From the NCBI GenBank assembly GCA_963691875.1, contig OY829846.1, positions 416,001-480,000 of the forward strand: a stretch of 64,000 nt of DNA, written 5' to 3'. Shown one piece after another: positions 32,367 to 43,494 of this stretch. The stretch comes from Aureliella sp. Its GTDB lineage: Bacteria; Planctomycetota; Planctomycetia; Pirellulales; Pirellulaceae. A model generated the notes under the pieces. It searched no databases, had not been told where the DNA came from, and saw only the letters and a list, made by a program, of their open reading frames with translations. The first letter of the stretch is position 1. Each line of letters begins with the position of its first letter. The position numbers and the translations under genes are program-made.

Positions 32367-32649
32367 CCCCGTGAAAAAATTCCGCGTGAACGAAACTAGA
32401 CGCGGCCTAAGTTGTCTCGGAGTGTCGTATTTGCATCTGGCCACGTCGTTAGAGTCGCGCTACACACAACCATTTGAAGATCGAAGGCGCCCCTCGAGGC
32501 CGAGAACGCTTCAACCTCCGGAAGTTGGAGAGTATCTCATCCGTCGCATCTTGAGGTGGATGAGTATCTCGACCGGCAATTCGCTGCTCTCTCAGCAATT
32601 ACAGAAGTGAGAACTTCTCATTGCTTTCCGGGTACGCGTTCTGCACACG
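32367..32649 (+). repeat. Dispersed structured repeat, copy 4
   Basis: Starts ccccgtgaaaaaatt; contains ccacgtcgttagagtcgcg, agttggagagt, ggatgagt, gcaattcgctgctctctcagcaatta; ends ttctgcacacg. Confidence 0.88.
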
Positions 32650-32848
32650 ACGCGTGAGCGCCGTCGTTTGCGACGCAGCCCTTTCGCCGGCAGAAAACGT
32701 CGGATTGTGTTCGATTTACGATCCGAAAAACGGTGTTGTTACATTTCGCACCACCTTGAGTGCTATCGTTAGTAGCATCTCGGAGGATTCCATTTATAAC
32801 TCAGGCTCAACAACACCAGTTTCCATTTGCCAAACACAGCATAGCTTT

Positions 32849-35404
32849 CTACTTGGACAAAAAGATATCACTCTGAACCACCAGATGGACCAAGTCGCGC
32901 AGATGATACCCGCCTTTCTCGAGCTCCCCTACGATGCGATCTACTTCCCCGCGGTCGGCTGACTCAAGCAGGCGACCGGTGGCGTAGGTTAACATCTTCT
33001 CTGTTAGGCAGCGTGCTACTTGCGATTCACGTTCCATCAGCATCGCTTTGAATTCACCCAGGTCTTTGATTTCGCGTCCGTTTGCCAAGGTGGCGGCGGT
33101 ATCGATGGGCGGTCCCTGCCTGTCCTTTTTGTCGACTTTCGGATATCGGTCGCGCCACCGCCCGATTGGGTCGAAGCTCTCCAGGGCGAAGCCCATAGGG
33201 TCAATCTTGCGGTGGCAACCGTTGCAAGCCGGTTGATCGCGATGGATCGCCATCTGCTCTTTGATCGTTTTGGCAGAGTGCAGGTCAGGCGACAGCGGTT
33301 CCACATCCGGTGGTGGCGGCGGGGGCGGGTTGCCGAGGATATTCTCCAGTACATACACACCGCGAACGATGGGTGAGGTGTCCACACCGTTTGCAGTGAC
33401 GGTCATGAACGCAGGCGTGGTTAGTAAACCACCACGTCGTTGGTCTTCTAGTTTGACTTTGCGAAGATTCTCGCCGACTACTTTCTGTCGGTAGATCATC
33501 TCGCCCAGTTGCTTGTTCATGAAAGTGTAATCGGAATCAATGAAGTCGCGGATCGGCCCGTTACGTTTTAGGACGTAACTGAAGAAGGCGTCGACCTGGG
33601 GAACAAGAAAATCCTTCACGCGAAAGTACTGGCCGTAGGGCCCTTTCCTATCTGGCTCCATGCGTCCGAGTTCATACAGCTTCAACCAGCGCTCGGGAAA
33701 GTGCCGAGTAAAGGCGGCAGATTTCGGATCCTCTAACATTCGCTCGACCTGGCGTTCCAACTCCGCACCATCCGTCAATTTTCCTGCGCGAGCGAGGTCC
33801 ATCAGGGTTTCGTCCGGCATCGACGACCAGAGGAAATAGCTCAGACGTGAAGCGAGCGCGAAATGATCGAGTTTGCCTGGATTTTGTCGCAGGTAGATGA
33901 AGTCAGGCGAACAGAGCATCGCGGCGTAAGCACCTTGCATCGCCGCTTGACGCGAGTTCCCCTCAGACTCCAGTTTGGCTACCAGTCCGACGTATTTCTC
34001 GAGTTCCTGTGGTTTCACTGCGCGACGATACGCCCGCTCGGTAAAGGAGTGAAAGAGCGTATTCAGATCTGCGTCTTCGATTGGCCCACTGCCATAAAGT
34101 GCGGTGTGACTTTGGGGAGGCCACCCGCCGGAGATTGGTTCGATCCGGAAGCTATGCACGCGTAACGTCGGACCGAGATACCCTTTCTTAAACAGCGTCT
34201 CGGCGACCTGCTTCTTGAATCCTTTTTGCTTTCTGTCGATTTTGGAGTATTCCTCTGGATACCACTGCTCGAGCAGGATGTGGAAGGCATTGTGCTGGAT
34301 CCACGGTCCGTTTTCCCACCCGATCCAAGCACTCCACGGATCGTCGATCCAGGTCTCGAACGAGAACGTTCGCTTTTCGCCATCGCCCGGCAATGTCCAA
34401 CGCGTAATCCGGTGACGCCGCTCCCCTCGCTGGTGTTCGTACCGCTCCAGATAGAGCCCGACCTCGAACTCCTCCTCAGTGCTTGTTCTTCCGCGGTGGA
34501 TGAGATTTCCTTCTCGCACAGTCCATTTACCCCAGGCATCTTTCCTGGGGTTATGGGCGGACAGTTCGACCGTGATCTGATAATGGGCTGGTCGGCGTAT
34601 GCCGCCGTGATACTTGTCCGGTCCGATGCGGTTATATCGCTCCCAACGTTGAAACACCTCGTCATATGGATCGCCCTTTTCCCGCTGGTATTTGCCCAGC
34701 GTATCGCCGTGTAGCGTCTTGGTGCAGATGGGTGCGGTGAACGTCTCAGCCTCGAAGGGTTTTTGAGGCTCGTTGTGCGTGGCCATCTCAATGGTCTCTT
34801 CCGCTGCGCCGATCAGCATCTTTAGCAGGAAGTCGGACATTACCAGTTGCTGGCCAATGTTATCGAAACCCTCCGCCTCTTCGTCGTCTTGAAAACTTCT
34901 TGTCGGCTCGATCGTTTTCTGCGCGGTGATTCCATTGCCGTTGAAATCGTAAAGCCCTGAAACGACCGTGGGGGCAAAATCTGGGTGGTTGATATAAAAC
35001 AGGTCGCGCAGCGTGTTGCGAAGCTCGAACTTGTTCAGCCGCCGGATCACTGCCTGGCCTCCAGTGCTCTTGCGCGCAGCGTAGGCGTCCCGGAGCACAG
35101 GTGTCAGAGCTTTGATGAGTTTCTCTGTTTCCGCGAACTGCGGCTGCGGTCTCTCTCTTGGTGGCATCTCACCCAGGTTGAGCTGATCCAAGATGCCCTG
35201 CCAGGTTTCAAGAGTTTGGAGTTTAGTAAGATCCGTCCCAAGTGTGTCGAAGCGGTAATCGCCTTTCTGCTGGTTGGGACCATGGCAGGCGAAACAGTGC
35301 TGCTTCAGGAAGGGACGCGCTTTTTCGAAGGGTGACTCGGCGTAGGTCTCAATTGCGACAACCGCCACGATGAGGATCACGGCCTGGATAGTTAGTCTCC
35401 GCAT
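32849..35404 (-). CDS. Planctomycete cytochrome c / DUF1587-1595-1592-1588-1585 protein
   Basis: CFACH, RRLNKFE, LASRLSYFLWSSMPD, TSPIVRG, CNGCH, MLTYATGR. Confidence 0.93.
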   Translation of the reverse strand: MRRLTIQAVILIVAVVAIETYAESPFEKARPFLKQHCFACHGPNQQKGDYRFDTLGTDLTKLQTLETWQGILDQLNLGEMPPRERPQPQFAETEKLIKALTPVLRDAYAARKSTGGQAVIRRLNKFELRNTLRDLFYINHPDFAPTVVSGLYDFNGNGITAQKTIEPTRSFQDDEEAEGFDNIGQQLVMSDFLLKMLIGAAEETIEMATHNEPQKPFEAETFTAPICTKTLHGDTLGKYQREKGDPYDEVFQRWERYNRIGPDKYHGGIRRPAHYQITVELSAHNPRKDAWGKWTVREGNLIHRGRTSTEEEFEVGLYLERYEHQRGERRHRITRWTLPGDGEKRTFSFETWIDDPWSAWIGWENGPWIQHNAFHILLEQWYPEEYSKIDRKQKGFKKQVAETLFKKGYLGPTLRVHSFRIEPISGGWPPQSHTALYGSGPIEDADLNTLFHSFTERAYRRAVKPQELEKYVGLVAKLESEGNSRQAAMQGAYAAMLCSPDFIYLRQNPGKLDHFALASRLSYFLWSSMPDETLMDLARAGKLTDGAELERQVERMLEDPKSAAFTRHFPERWLKLYELGRMEPDRKGPYGQYFRVKDFLVPQVDAFFSYVLKRNGPIRDFIDSDYTFMNKQLGEMIYRQKVVGENLRKVKLEDQRRGGLLTTPAFMTVTANGVDTSPIVRGVYVLENILGNPPPPPPPDVEPLSPDLHSAKTIKEQMAIHRDQPACNGCHRKIDPMGFALESFDPIGRWRDRYPKVDKKDRQGPPIDTAATLANGREIKDLGEFKAMLMERESQVARCLTEKMLTYATGRLLESADRGEVDRIVGELEKGGYHLRDLVHLVVQSDIFLSK

Positions 35405-35406
35405 GC

Positions 35407-36666
35407 TCAGCTCCACTCGAGTCCTGCAAGCGTGCCGGTACTCGTGCCGAACCGATCGACCTCAAGGCCAAAGTTTTGCAGCATGGATAGCAACAGGTTG
35501 CACGCCTTGAGTCGACGAGGTTCTTCTTCGGGCATCACTCGGTGTTCACCCAGTCTGAAACCACCGCCGGCGAGAACGAGCGGCATGTTCTTGCACGAGT
35601 GGGTTCCGGTCGCCATACCGCAGCCGAAGAGAAGCATTGTATGATCGAACAGCGTGCCGCCATTGATCGGATCTTCCTTAGCTTTTAGCAGATCGATTAG
35701 ATACGACATCTGCGCGATCTGATTGCCTTCGATCAGCTTGAGTGCAGCCGTGTGGTCGGGACGCTCACCGTGGTGTGAGAAGCCGTGGTAGCCCCCCTGC
35801 AGACCGAAGTCTCCATTGGCAAATCCGCTGGCTAGGGTGATGACCCGTGTAGAGTCGGTCTCGATCGCCAACGCGATCAACTCCATCATAATTTCCATCT
35901 CGTCCGCAGTCTGGCGAGCGGGACGTGGCTCGGCCATTTCGGTCTTTGGTTTGGGCCGATCGAGCCAGGGCTGCTGCTGTTCGATTTTCTTCTCCAGGCT
36001 TCGCACCGAGTTGAGGTACTCGGCGAATTTCCGTTGATCCTGTTTCCCTAGTTCGCGGTTCACTTCAGCGGCTCTTTCCAGCACCGTATCCAGAATGCTG
36101 CCGTGACGTTCCAGTCGCAGCTGCCCTTGCTTTCTCAATTCGGCAGAGTCTTCGAGGAACAGCTTGCGGTACATTCCGGTTACATCGATCGCGGGCACCT
36201 GCACCCCCGTGCGGGTGAAACTGATCTGATTAGTCTCTTTCACCTTGAGTGTCATTGAGGAATAGCGGGTAGCGGCGCCGACGAGTTCGGCCGCCTTCTG
36301 ATCCATGCTGATGTTGCCTTCAGGAAAGCCAGCCGCCATATCCGGCCGGATGCCGTTCAAGAACGTAGGCACGCAGGCGTGACCGCCCGTAAGGCCATGG
36401 TCGAGATTGGAGAAGACCGTGAAATCATCGCGGTGCTTCTCGAGCGGCTTCAACGTAGACGGGATCTCAAATTCCCGTCCACCCTTCGTCGGGAAAAACG
36501 CCTTCTGATAAACCCCGTAGTTGTTCGACAGACAGACCATGCGTTTGATGGGTTTATCAAGTTTACCGGCGTTATATCCGCAAGGTAGCGCGGATTCAAA
36601 AATCGGTAGCGTCAGGGCGACACCGGCGCCTTTCAGCACGGTTCGGCGGTTAAGTACTCTCGTCAT
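35407..36666 (-). CDS. DUF1552 protein
   Basis: RRTVLKGAGVALTLP, SMDQ, TDSTRV, YHGFSHH, PLVLAGG, FGTSTG; adjacent to the DUF1592 gene. Confidence 0.93.
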   Translation of the reverse strand: MTRVLNRRTVLKGAGVALTLPIFESALPCGYNAGKLDKPIKRMVCLSNNYGVYQKAFFPTKGGREFEIPSTLKPLEKHRDDFTVFSNLDHGLTGGHACVPTFLNGIRPDMAAGFPEGNISMDQKAAELVGAATRYSSMTLKVKETNQISFTRTGVQVPAIDVTGMYRKLFLEDSAELRKQGQLRLERHGSILDTVLERAAEVNRELGKQDQRKFAEYLNSVRSLEKKIEQQQPWLDRPKPKTEMAEPRPARQTADEMEIMMELIALAIETDSTRVITLASGFANGDFGLQGGYHGFSHHGERPDHTAALKLIEGNQIAQMSYLIDLLKAKEDPINGGTLFDHTMLLFGCGMATGTHSCKNMPLVLAGGGFRLGEHRVMPEEEPRRLKACNLLLSMLQNFGLEVDRFGTSTGTLAGLEWS

Positions 36667-37192
36667 GATTTCGATCCGTTCGATGGCGGTGCATTGTGTC
36701 GTAGCAAGTATCTGCTTCGACAGCCCCTTTGGTTAACCAAATAGGTTACTTGCATTTTCAACAATGATGTAAAGCGACTCAACTTTAGAGCCGCATTTTC
36801 GCGGCATTTCCACAGACAGATTCGTACATTGTTTCGCCAAATCGTACGTAGCGTTCAGCGGCCGCAGAGTCATCCAATATGGGCCGCACGCTGCTCAATT
36901 TGCTTTTGTCAATTCCTCACACGGCGATTAGCATCACAATGACGATGAAATGCGACTGCAAACCGGAGATGAACCATCGTGGCAAGCTCATTCAATGCTG
37001 AATCGACGTCCGTTGCGAATCGGACCAGCCGATTTTCTTGGGTCGTTACGCGTTAGTCGATTTGGAAGCCGGTTTCACGGTATCTGTTCTTCGGCCTCCA
37101 AGAATCTCAGTTAACGCGCGACTTTCCTAAGCCGCGGATTGGGCGATTACGAGTATCAAAGAGATGTGTCGCTAAAAGTCAGGGGTTCGCAA

Positions 37193-37585
37193 TCATACGA
37201 GAGTGGGCATTATGCTTATCCCTTTTAGCGACAACAGTAGCGGTGGAGCTATCGATAGTACCTGAAAAAGGATTAAAGCGACGCCGTAGTTTCGAGCTCT
37301 GATTCTCTGGAGCGTCAGCCAAAAAATGAACCCCGCATAAAAGGGTACCATGAGAAGTATTAGAAAGCTGAAAGCTTGCAGAGGTAGCCAAAGGATCGCG
37401 TTAATGTACGGTCCGGAAAACGAAAGTCCTATGAACAATGGGAAACACGCGTAACCCGCCAGAGGAGTTGCAAAGTGGACTGGGTGAAGCTTCACTTCTT
37501 TGGCTTCGGTTGCTTGCTTTGCGAGTGGTTCGTCGCTTGGTGCTGGCGGCGTATAGGGGGTGTCGGTTTCTTTTTCTTCGGACAA
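37193..37585 (-). CDS. Small membrane protein, tandem paralog A
   Basis: TDTPY.PP..S.EP, HPVH, LFQVLSI.PP shared with the neighbouring gene; TTG at 37585 aligns with that gene's ATG. Confidence 0.7.
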   Translation of the reverse strand: MSEEKETDTPYTPPAPSDEPLAKQATEAKEVKLHPVHFATPLAGYACFPLFIGLSFSGPYINAILWLPLQAFSFLILLMVPFYAGFIFWLTLQRIRARNYGVALILFQVLSIAPPLLLSLKGISIMPTLV

Positions 37586-37613
37586 GGGCAAACTGCTTTA
37601 AATGGGTTGGACG

Positions 37614-37991
37614 TTACAGTAGCGATAACGCGAACATCGAAAAGAGCCCCCACAATATCGGTGGAAGTATAGAAAGCATCTGAAACAGAGTGAGGCCCAC
37701 GCTGTTGTTTCCCTGTTGGATTCGTGCAGCTGTGAATAGAAAGAGAATCAACCCATACAGGGGAAGTAAGAATGGTAACGCGTCTGCGGAGAAAAAAAGT
37801 AATCGGAGTCCGTCTTCACTAATGAACCGTAAACCTATCATGAGTGGGATATACCCATAACCTAGGAATGGAACCCACCAATGAACCGGATGAGGCTTCG
37901 CCTTCGGGGAGGCGGTTTTTCGCTTAACGACCGGTTCCTCGCTCAGTTCCGGTGGTTGGTAAGGGGTGTCGGTATCGTTTTCGATGGACAT
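37614..37991 (-). CDS. Small membrane protein, tandem paralog B
   Basis: TDTPYQPP..SEEP, HPVH, LFQMLSILPP; about three hydrophobic segments. Confidence 0.75.
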   Translation of the reverse strand: MSIENDTDTPYQPPELSEEPVVKRKTASPKAKPHPVHWWVPFLGYGYIPLMIGLRFISEDGLRLLFFSADALPFLLPLYGLILFLFTAARIQQGNNSVGLTLFQMLSILPPILWGLFSMFALSLL

Positions 37992-38288
37992 CGGCGGACC
38001 TGCTTTGAATGAGGGGCGATTACGGAGGAACTTTCAATTCAAACCTGACCATCTTTAGCTGGTGGTTGCGATAAGACTCAACGAATATCGCTTCGGTGTC
38101 CAAAGGACAATCGAGGATCTGCGTTTCGGCCTCTCCATTCTCACCGAACCGATTTGTACGCATCTGTCACCTTTTGATGATCTCTTCGGGGTGCCGAGAA
38201 ACAAATTTCGGGTGGTGGAATTCTTGGAGTCTAGAATGCATCGCTCGGGAGTTGCGGCGAAGTTCACTACACAGGAATAATAAATCGC

Positions 38289-39710
38289 TCACGTCAAAAG
38301 TCCCTTGATTACATGCCCATGGACATCGGTCAGACGTCGTTCGATGCCGTTGTGGTAGAACGTCAGCCGCGTGTGATCGACACCCAACAAGTGGAGTGCC
38401 GTTGCGTGCAGGTCGTAGCTGTAGGTGGGATGCTCGACGGCCTTGTAACCAAGTTCATCTGTTGCCCCGTAGCCGATTCCTCCTTTGATTCCGCCGCCGG
38501 CAAGCCATGCCGTGAAAGCGCCGGAATTGTGGTCTCGGCCCTTTGCTCCGCCGCCCTGAGCGGCTGGTTGCCGACCAAACTCCGTCGTGCAGATGACCAG
38601 CGTGTCGTCGAGCATTCCCTGTTGTTTGAGATCCTTAAGTAACGCTGATGCACCGCTATCAAGGACTGCTCCCCAGTAGCCGTGGTCGCGAGGCAAGTCT
38701 TCGTGGCTGTCCCAGTTGGGGCGAATCTTCTTGGCCGTCGTATTCTCCGCTCCACAATAAATTTGAACGAAACGTACACCGCGTTGCGCGAGTCGCCTTG
38801 CCAGTAAACACTGTCGACCAAACGGGCCAGTATTGGCGTCGTCGATGTTGTAGAGCTGTTTTGTCGCTGTGGTCTCGTTGCTCAGGTTGGTCACTTCGGG
38901 AGCACTGAGCTGCAACCGTGCCGCCATTTCGTATGCCTTGATGCGGGCGTCGAGTTCACTGTTACCACGGCGGGGTTTTTGATGGAGGCGGTTGAGTTTC
39001 TGGAGAAAGTCCAAGCCCGACTGATTCGCTGCCGGCGTAACTTCCGGCATGTTGTCTGGTGGAAACAGGTCCGCGATGGGCTGTTTCGGGTTCGTCGTAT
39101 CGAGCGTCGTGGCCTGATGCTCAGCGGGCAGGAAGCCAGCTCCCCAGTTGATGATGCCGCCGGGCGGAAGACCTCGCGGGTCCGGCAATACAACGAAGGC
39201 CGGCAGGTCATCGGCTTCGCTGCCAAGGCCATATGTCACCCACGATCCCATGCTCGGGAACCCGGGCAGCGTGAATCCGGTATTCATCATGAAGCACGCT
39301 GGACCGTGCAACGCGGTCTTACTGTGCATCGAGTAAATGAACGCCATGTCGTCGACACACGAAGCGAGTTTTGGAAACAGATCGCTCATCCACAATCCGG
39401 ACTGTCCGTGCTGACGGAACTTCCAGTGACTCCCTTGACAGTTGCCAGGCTTTGAGGCGAAGAACTGCAGATTGCCGTCGGGATCAAACGGAGTTCCGTT
39501 TCGCTTTTCGAGTTTCGGCTTGTAATCGTAGGTGTCAACCTGACTCATTCCTCCGGGACAGAAAATCTGGATAACGCGCCGAGCCTTCGGAGCATGATGC
39601 GGCTGTGCACGCCCTTCGCCGCTCAGCATTGCGGTAAGAGCGAGCCCGCTCAGCCCGCCGCCAGCGGACTGCAGACACTGTCGTCGGGAGTAGGGCATCT
39701 CAATCGACAT
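38289..39710 (-). CDS. DUF1501 protein
   Basis: SRRQCL, GGMSQVDTYDYKP, CLLARRL..RGVRFV, WDSH, TEFGR, GRDH, RLTDVHG. Confidence 0.95.
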   Translation of the reverse strand: MSIEMPYSRRQCLQSAGGGLSGLALTAMLSGEGRAQPHHAPKARRVIQIFCPGGMSQVDTYDYKPKLEKRNGTPFDPDGNLQFFASKPGNCQGSHWKFRQHGQSGLWMSDLFPKLASCVDDMAFIYSMHSKTALHGPACFMMNTGFTLPGFPSMGSWVTYGLGSEADDLPAFVVLPDPRGLPPGGIINWGAGFLPAEHQATTLDTTNPKQPIADLFPPDNMPEVTPAANQSGLDFLQKLNRLHQKPRRGNSELDARIKAYEMAARLQLSAPEVTNLSNETTATKQLYNIDDANTGPFGRQCLLARRLAQRGVRFVQIYCGAENTTAKKIRPNWDSHEDLPRDHGYWGAVLDSGASALLKDLKQQGMLDDTLVICTTEFGRQPAAQGGGAKGRDHNSGAFTAWLAGGGIKGGIGYGATDELGYKAVEHPTYSYDLHATALHLLGVDHTRLTFYHNGIERRLTDVHGHVIKGLLT

Positions 39711-42700
39711 AAAGGAACTCATTGGAATTCAAAAGAGAACGGCACAGGGCAAACACGCCCTGCTGTTGCACAAAGTCCATCGCAATGCGATCTTCCTCTG
39801 CGGACGGTTGTCGTCCGAAAGCTAATGCAAAGGCTCGTCGAACCTGAGTGTTCACATCCTTGCCAGCCTCACTGCCAAGTCGCTCGGCGAAGTAACGAGC
39901 CTGCCGGAGTATGAAGTCGTTGTTATACAGGGCAAGTGATTGCAAAGGCGTCGTGGTGGTAAGCCTCTTCGGCGTTAGGTTAGCTGGGTCGGGGCAATCG
40001 AGCGTTGTAAGAAAGCGGTCGGGAGTCGTACGCACGATGTAGCGATAAATGCTGCGCCGCCAGAGTGCCGGTTCGTCGGCTGTCACATAGGTGTAGATCG
40101 GGGCGTAAGCGTCCTGATATTGAAAATCTTCGAAACCAGGACCGCCGCGTTTGGGATTCAGCTTCCCGCTAACAAACAACACCGAATCGCGAATCGCCTC
40201 GGCCTCGATGCGTCGCGGATTCTGTCGCCAGAGCAAGCGGTTGTCGGCGTCGATTTTCTTGGGATCGATGTAGGACGGGGTAGCTTCCTCTTTCCCTTTC
40301 GTTTCTGCGACATGTTGCACATCTGTACTACTACGCTGCTTGTAAGTTTCGCTCGTGACGATCAGTCGATGCACCGCCTTTAGCGACCAGTTCCGGTTCG
40401 CCATTTCTTTCGCGAGCCAGTCCAGCAACTGCGGGTGCGAAGGACGACCACCGCCGAATCCGAAGTCGCTTGGCGTGTTGACCAGCCCCTCACCAAAGTG
40501 CCATTGCCACAAACGATTGACGATCACTCGACGGACAAGCGGGTTGTCCGGGTGGGTGATCCATCGGGCCAAGGCCGCTCGCCGTTCTCCTTCAGGCGTG
40601 TCCAACGTGCCCAGTCGGGAATCAAGCATTTCCAACGACGAGAGTGCTGCGGGTATCAACGCGTCGCCACTAGGAGATTCCGGATTGCCGCGCGTAAGCA
40701 GTTTCACTTTCGGAACGGTCTTCTCGGCAACAACGCCATAGAAACGGGGCGGCGTTCCGAGCGTCTCAAGATCTTTTTCAACTTGCTCGCGTTGAGCTTT
40801 GATTTCCGCGAGTCGGTTTCGCGTTTCCTCGGTCAGCATGGGCGGCGAAGACAGCTTCACTCGCGGATCGCCGAAGCCGATTTGATCCATGCCGTAGCCG
40901 TTGCCGCCATCGGTCGAAACCAGCGTAAGAAAGCGAGCCGAAGCGGATAGTTCGACATCAATCATTTGTAAGCCATCAGCACGCCTCAGCTTCTGGAAGT
41001 CTGCAGCTTTCTTTCCATCCACGAACACCCACGCATCGGCAAAGTTGTTCCCCACCGCGCCGAAGTAGCCGAGTTTAGCTGTGAAACGTAACGTAGCCAG
41101 ACTCTCCGTATCGGGCATTCCAGCGCTCGACTCAGAGGATTTAGCTACTTTGCGCATCGCCTCCAGATCAAACGTGAGCCCAGCATTCGCGTGCAGGCCC
41201 AGCAGGCTGTGCCCATCTTTCGTGAAGTTGATTCCATCCAACTCAGGAGAATGTTGACTCGCAACAGGCCCGTTGCGAATCATGTCCCATGCCTTACCTG
41301 ACGTCTTTGGCAAACCTGTGATGGAAACATCTGTCGAACTGACGGGAATCTCAGCCTTGCCGTTGTCTCCGTCCGGTACGAACACACCATCGATGAACTC
41401 GAAGGCTGACGGCGAAAAGGTGTTTGTCACTACATTGCCAAGGTTGCCGAAGTTGCGGGTTTGTACCTTCGCGTTGCGGGGATCGATGCCATTTCGATAC
41501 GTACCCGTGCCAACTCCGTTTCCGCCGCCGACAATGTCCGCAAGGTTCAGTCCCTCGCCCTCAAGCCTCCCCCTCTCAAAATCGAGTCTGTTCCGCAGAG
41601 CGATCAGTTCCTGTTTCTCTGTCTCGTACTGATTTAGAGCTGCATCACTGACCACTCGGTCTTCACGTTTGATTCCCGCAAACACGGCTTGCAACTGGTA
41701 ATACTCCCGCTGGGAAATTGGATCGAGCTTATGGTCGTGGCACCTAGCGCAATTGATGGTCAACCCCATCGTAGCTGTCATGACCTGTGTGGCCATATCG
41801 TCCAGATCAAGTGACCTCGCAGATCGGCGCAACACGGGGCTCTTTGTCTCCACTTGCCCGACAAAGTCCCACGGACCAGCCGATAGAAAGCCAGTCGCGA
41901 TCACGGCCTGTTCGTCATCCGGCCAGAGCACATCGCCGGCAATCTGCTCCTGTAGGAATCGGTCGTAAGGTTTGTCTTCATTCAAAGCGCGAATCACGTA
42001 ATCGCGATAACGCCATGCATTATCTCGCCGTTTGTCCCGCTCAAAGCCATGCGTGTCGGCGTAGTGAGCAATGTCGAGCCAGTGCCGTGCAAAGCGTTCG
42101 CCGTAGTGAGGAGATTCCAACATCTGATCGACAAGCTTTTCGTAGGCCTTGGGATCTTCGTTGTTGACGAATGCTTTGACCGCTTCCGGCGTTGGCGGCA
42201 AACCATGCAGATCGAATGACAATCGCCGAATGAGTGTCCGACGATCGGCCTGCCGACTCATTTGCAGATCGTGATTCGCGAGCTTCGCCCGAATGAAGCC
42301 GTCGATGGTTGTAGCCTGACTTTCCGAGTCGATTGGTTGTGTGGAACTAGACTCAGAGAATCGTCCTCTCAACGGCTGGTATGCCCACCACGAGGTATCC
42401 GCCTTCGATTTTTCTGCAACAACAACGCCATCGGGCCACTCTGCCCCCTGAGTGATCCATTTTCGCAGCAGGTCCACTTCAGCGTCTGAGAGAAACTGTC
42501 GCTCTTTCGGCATGGAGGGCGGATTACCATCTTGCGATGTGACCAACTCGATCAGGTAACTGTCATTGGGATCCTCGGCGGTCACGAAGTCGTTCGATTT
42601 CAGATCGTCGAATGTCGCCAGCGAAATATCGCCTTTATTATTCCCCGGTGAATGACATCGAACACAATGCTGCTCAAAGATCGGCGCTATATGCTTTTCG

Positions 42701-42780
42701 AAATCAACCAACTCAGCAGCCGCAGTTGGTATCGGAATGTACGTGAGACTCAGTATTAGTAGTCCAACTCTATTCATCAC
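39700..42780 (-). CDS. Planctomycete cytochrome c / DUF1549 / DUF1553 protein with inserted beta-sandwich
   Basis: CVRCH, HWLDIAHYADTHG, CARCHDHK, RVIVNRLWQWHFG, EAIRDS, TPLQSL. Confidence 0.95.
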   Translation of the reverse strand: MMNRVGLLILSLTYIPIPTAAAELVDFEKHIAPIFEQHCVRCHSPGNNKGDISLATFDDLKSNDFVTAEDPNDSYLIELVTSQDGNPPSMPKERQFLSDAEVDLLRKWITQGAEWPDGVVVAEKSKADTSWWAYQPLRGRFSESSSTQPIDSESQATTIDGFIRAKLANHDLQMSRQADRRTLIRRLSFDLHGLPPTPEAVKAFVNNEDPKAYEKLVDQMLESPHYGERFARHWLDIAHYADTHGFERDKRRDNAWRYRDYVIRALNEDKPYDRFLQEQIAGDVLWPDDEQAVIATGFLSAGPWDFVGQVETKSPVLRRSARSLDLDDMATQVMTATMGLTINCARCHDHKLDPISQREYYQLQAVFAGIKREDRVVSDAALNQYETEKQELIALRNRLDFERGRLEGEGLNLADIVGGGNGVGTGTYRNGIDPRNAKVQTRNFGNLGNVVTNTFSPSAFEFIDGVFVPDGDNGKAEIPVSSTDVSITGLPKTSGKAWDMIRNGPVASQHSPELDGINFTKDGHSLLGLHANAGLTFDLEAMRKVAKSSESSAGMPDTESLATLRFTAKLGYFGAVGNNFADAWVFVDGKKAADFQKLRRADGLQMIDVELSASARFLTLVSTDGGNGYGMDQIGFGDPRVKLSSPPMLTEETRNRLAEIKAQREQVEKDLETLGTPPRFYGVVAEKTVPKVKLLTRGNPESPSGDALIPAALSSLEMLDSRLGTLDTPEGERRAALARWITHPDNPLVRRVIVNRLWQWHFGEGLVNTPSDFGFGGGRPSHPQLLDWLAKEMANRNWSLKAVHRLIVTSETYKQRSSTDVQHVAETKGKEEATPSYIDPKKIDADNRLLWRQNPRRIEAEAIRDSVLFVSGKLNPKRGGPGFEDFQYQDAYAPIYTYVTADEPALWRRSIYRYIVRTTPDRFLTTLDCPDPANLTPKRLTTTTPLQSLALYNNDFILRQARYFAERLGSEAGKDVNTQVRRAFALAFGRQPSAEEDRIAMDFVQQQGVFALCRSLLNSNEFLYVD

Positions 42781-43475
42781 AGCTCCTTCTTTAATCGTTC
42801 GATCACGACTTGCATGTGTTGCTGCATGGCATTGGCGGCAGCATCAGGGTTTCGTTCTCTAATCCCACGGAGAATGGACTTGTGTAGCTTTCGCCCCAAT
42901 GCATTCTCTCGCTGTGAAGGTGTGGTAAGGACCATCTGTGCTAGGACAAACTCGTAGATCACCTCGATCATGTTTTGCATCAGCGGATTGCCTGCCATGT
43001 CGATCAACTTGCGATGGAATTGAAAGTCCAATTCGAGTGCATCCGGATACGGCAACGCCTCATCATCGAGTTGCTTCAACAACGAGGTCAACTCGGTGAT
43101 GTCGTCGTCGGTGGCCAATTCCGCGGCCTGCCGCGCCGCCTGCACTTCGATCGCGGTCCGCAATTCGACATAAGAGCGGAGTTCTTGAGGCGAGATGATC
43201 ACCGCGGATCGCAACAGCGTTACGCAGTTGGCCAGACTTGTGCGGTTCCCAACAAAGGTGCCGCGTCCCCGCTGAATATCGACGAGACCCATGCTCTGCA
43301 GTCGAGCCAGCGCTTCGCGCAACACCGGCCGGCTCACTTTGAGCTGTTCGACAAGTTCATGCTCACCGGGCAGCCGCTCACCGGCTGAAAGTTTCTGCTC
43401 CTTGATGACGCGGGCAATCCGCTCAACCACCAAGTCTGCCGTCGTCTGTTGCCGTTCAATGGCTTCGATTTGCAT
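42777..43475 (-). CDS. FadR/GntR-family transcriptional regulator
   Basis: LPGEHELVEQLKVSRPVLREAL..GRGTFV; FCD domain DFQFH. Confidence 0.95.
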   Translation of the reverse strand: MQIEAIERQQTTADLVVERIARVIKEQKLSAGERLPGEHELVEQLKVSRPVLREALARLQSMGLVDIQRGRGTFVGNRTSLANCVTLLRSAVIISPQELRSYVELRTAIEVQAARQAAELATDDDITELTSLLKQLDDEALPYPDALELDFQFHRKLIDMAGNPLMQNMIEVIYEFVLAQMVLTTPSQRENALGRKLHKSILRGIRERNPDAAANAMQQHMQVVIERLKKEL

Positions 43476-43494
43476 AAATTGCTCTCAATTCCAG

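Noticed and set aside
32371..32610. Short ORFs overlapping repeat copies (also 1698-1907 and 48349-48534)
   Set aside because: Frames and strands are not conserved between copies
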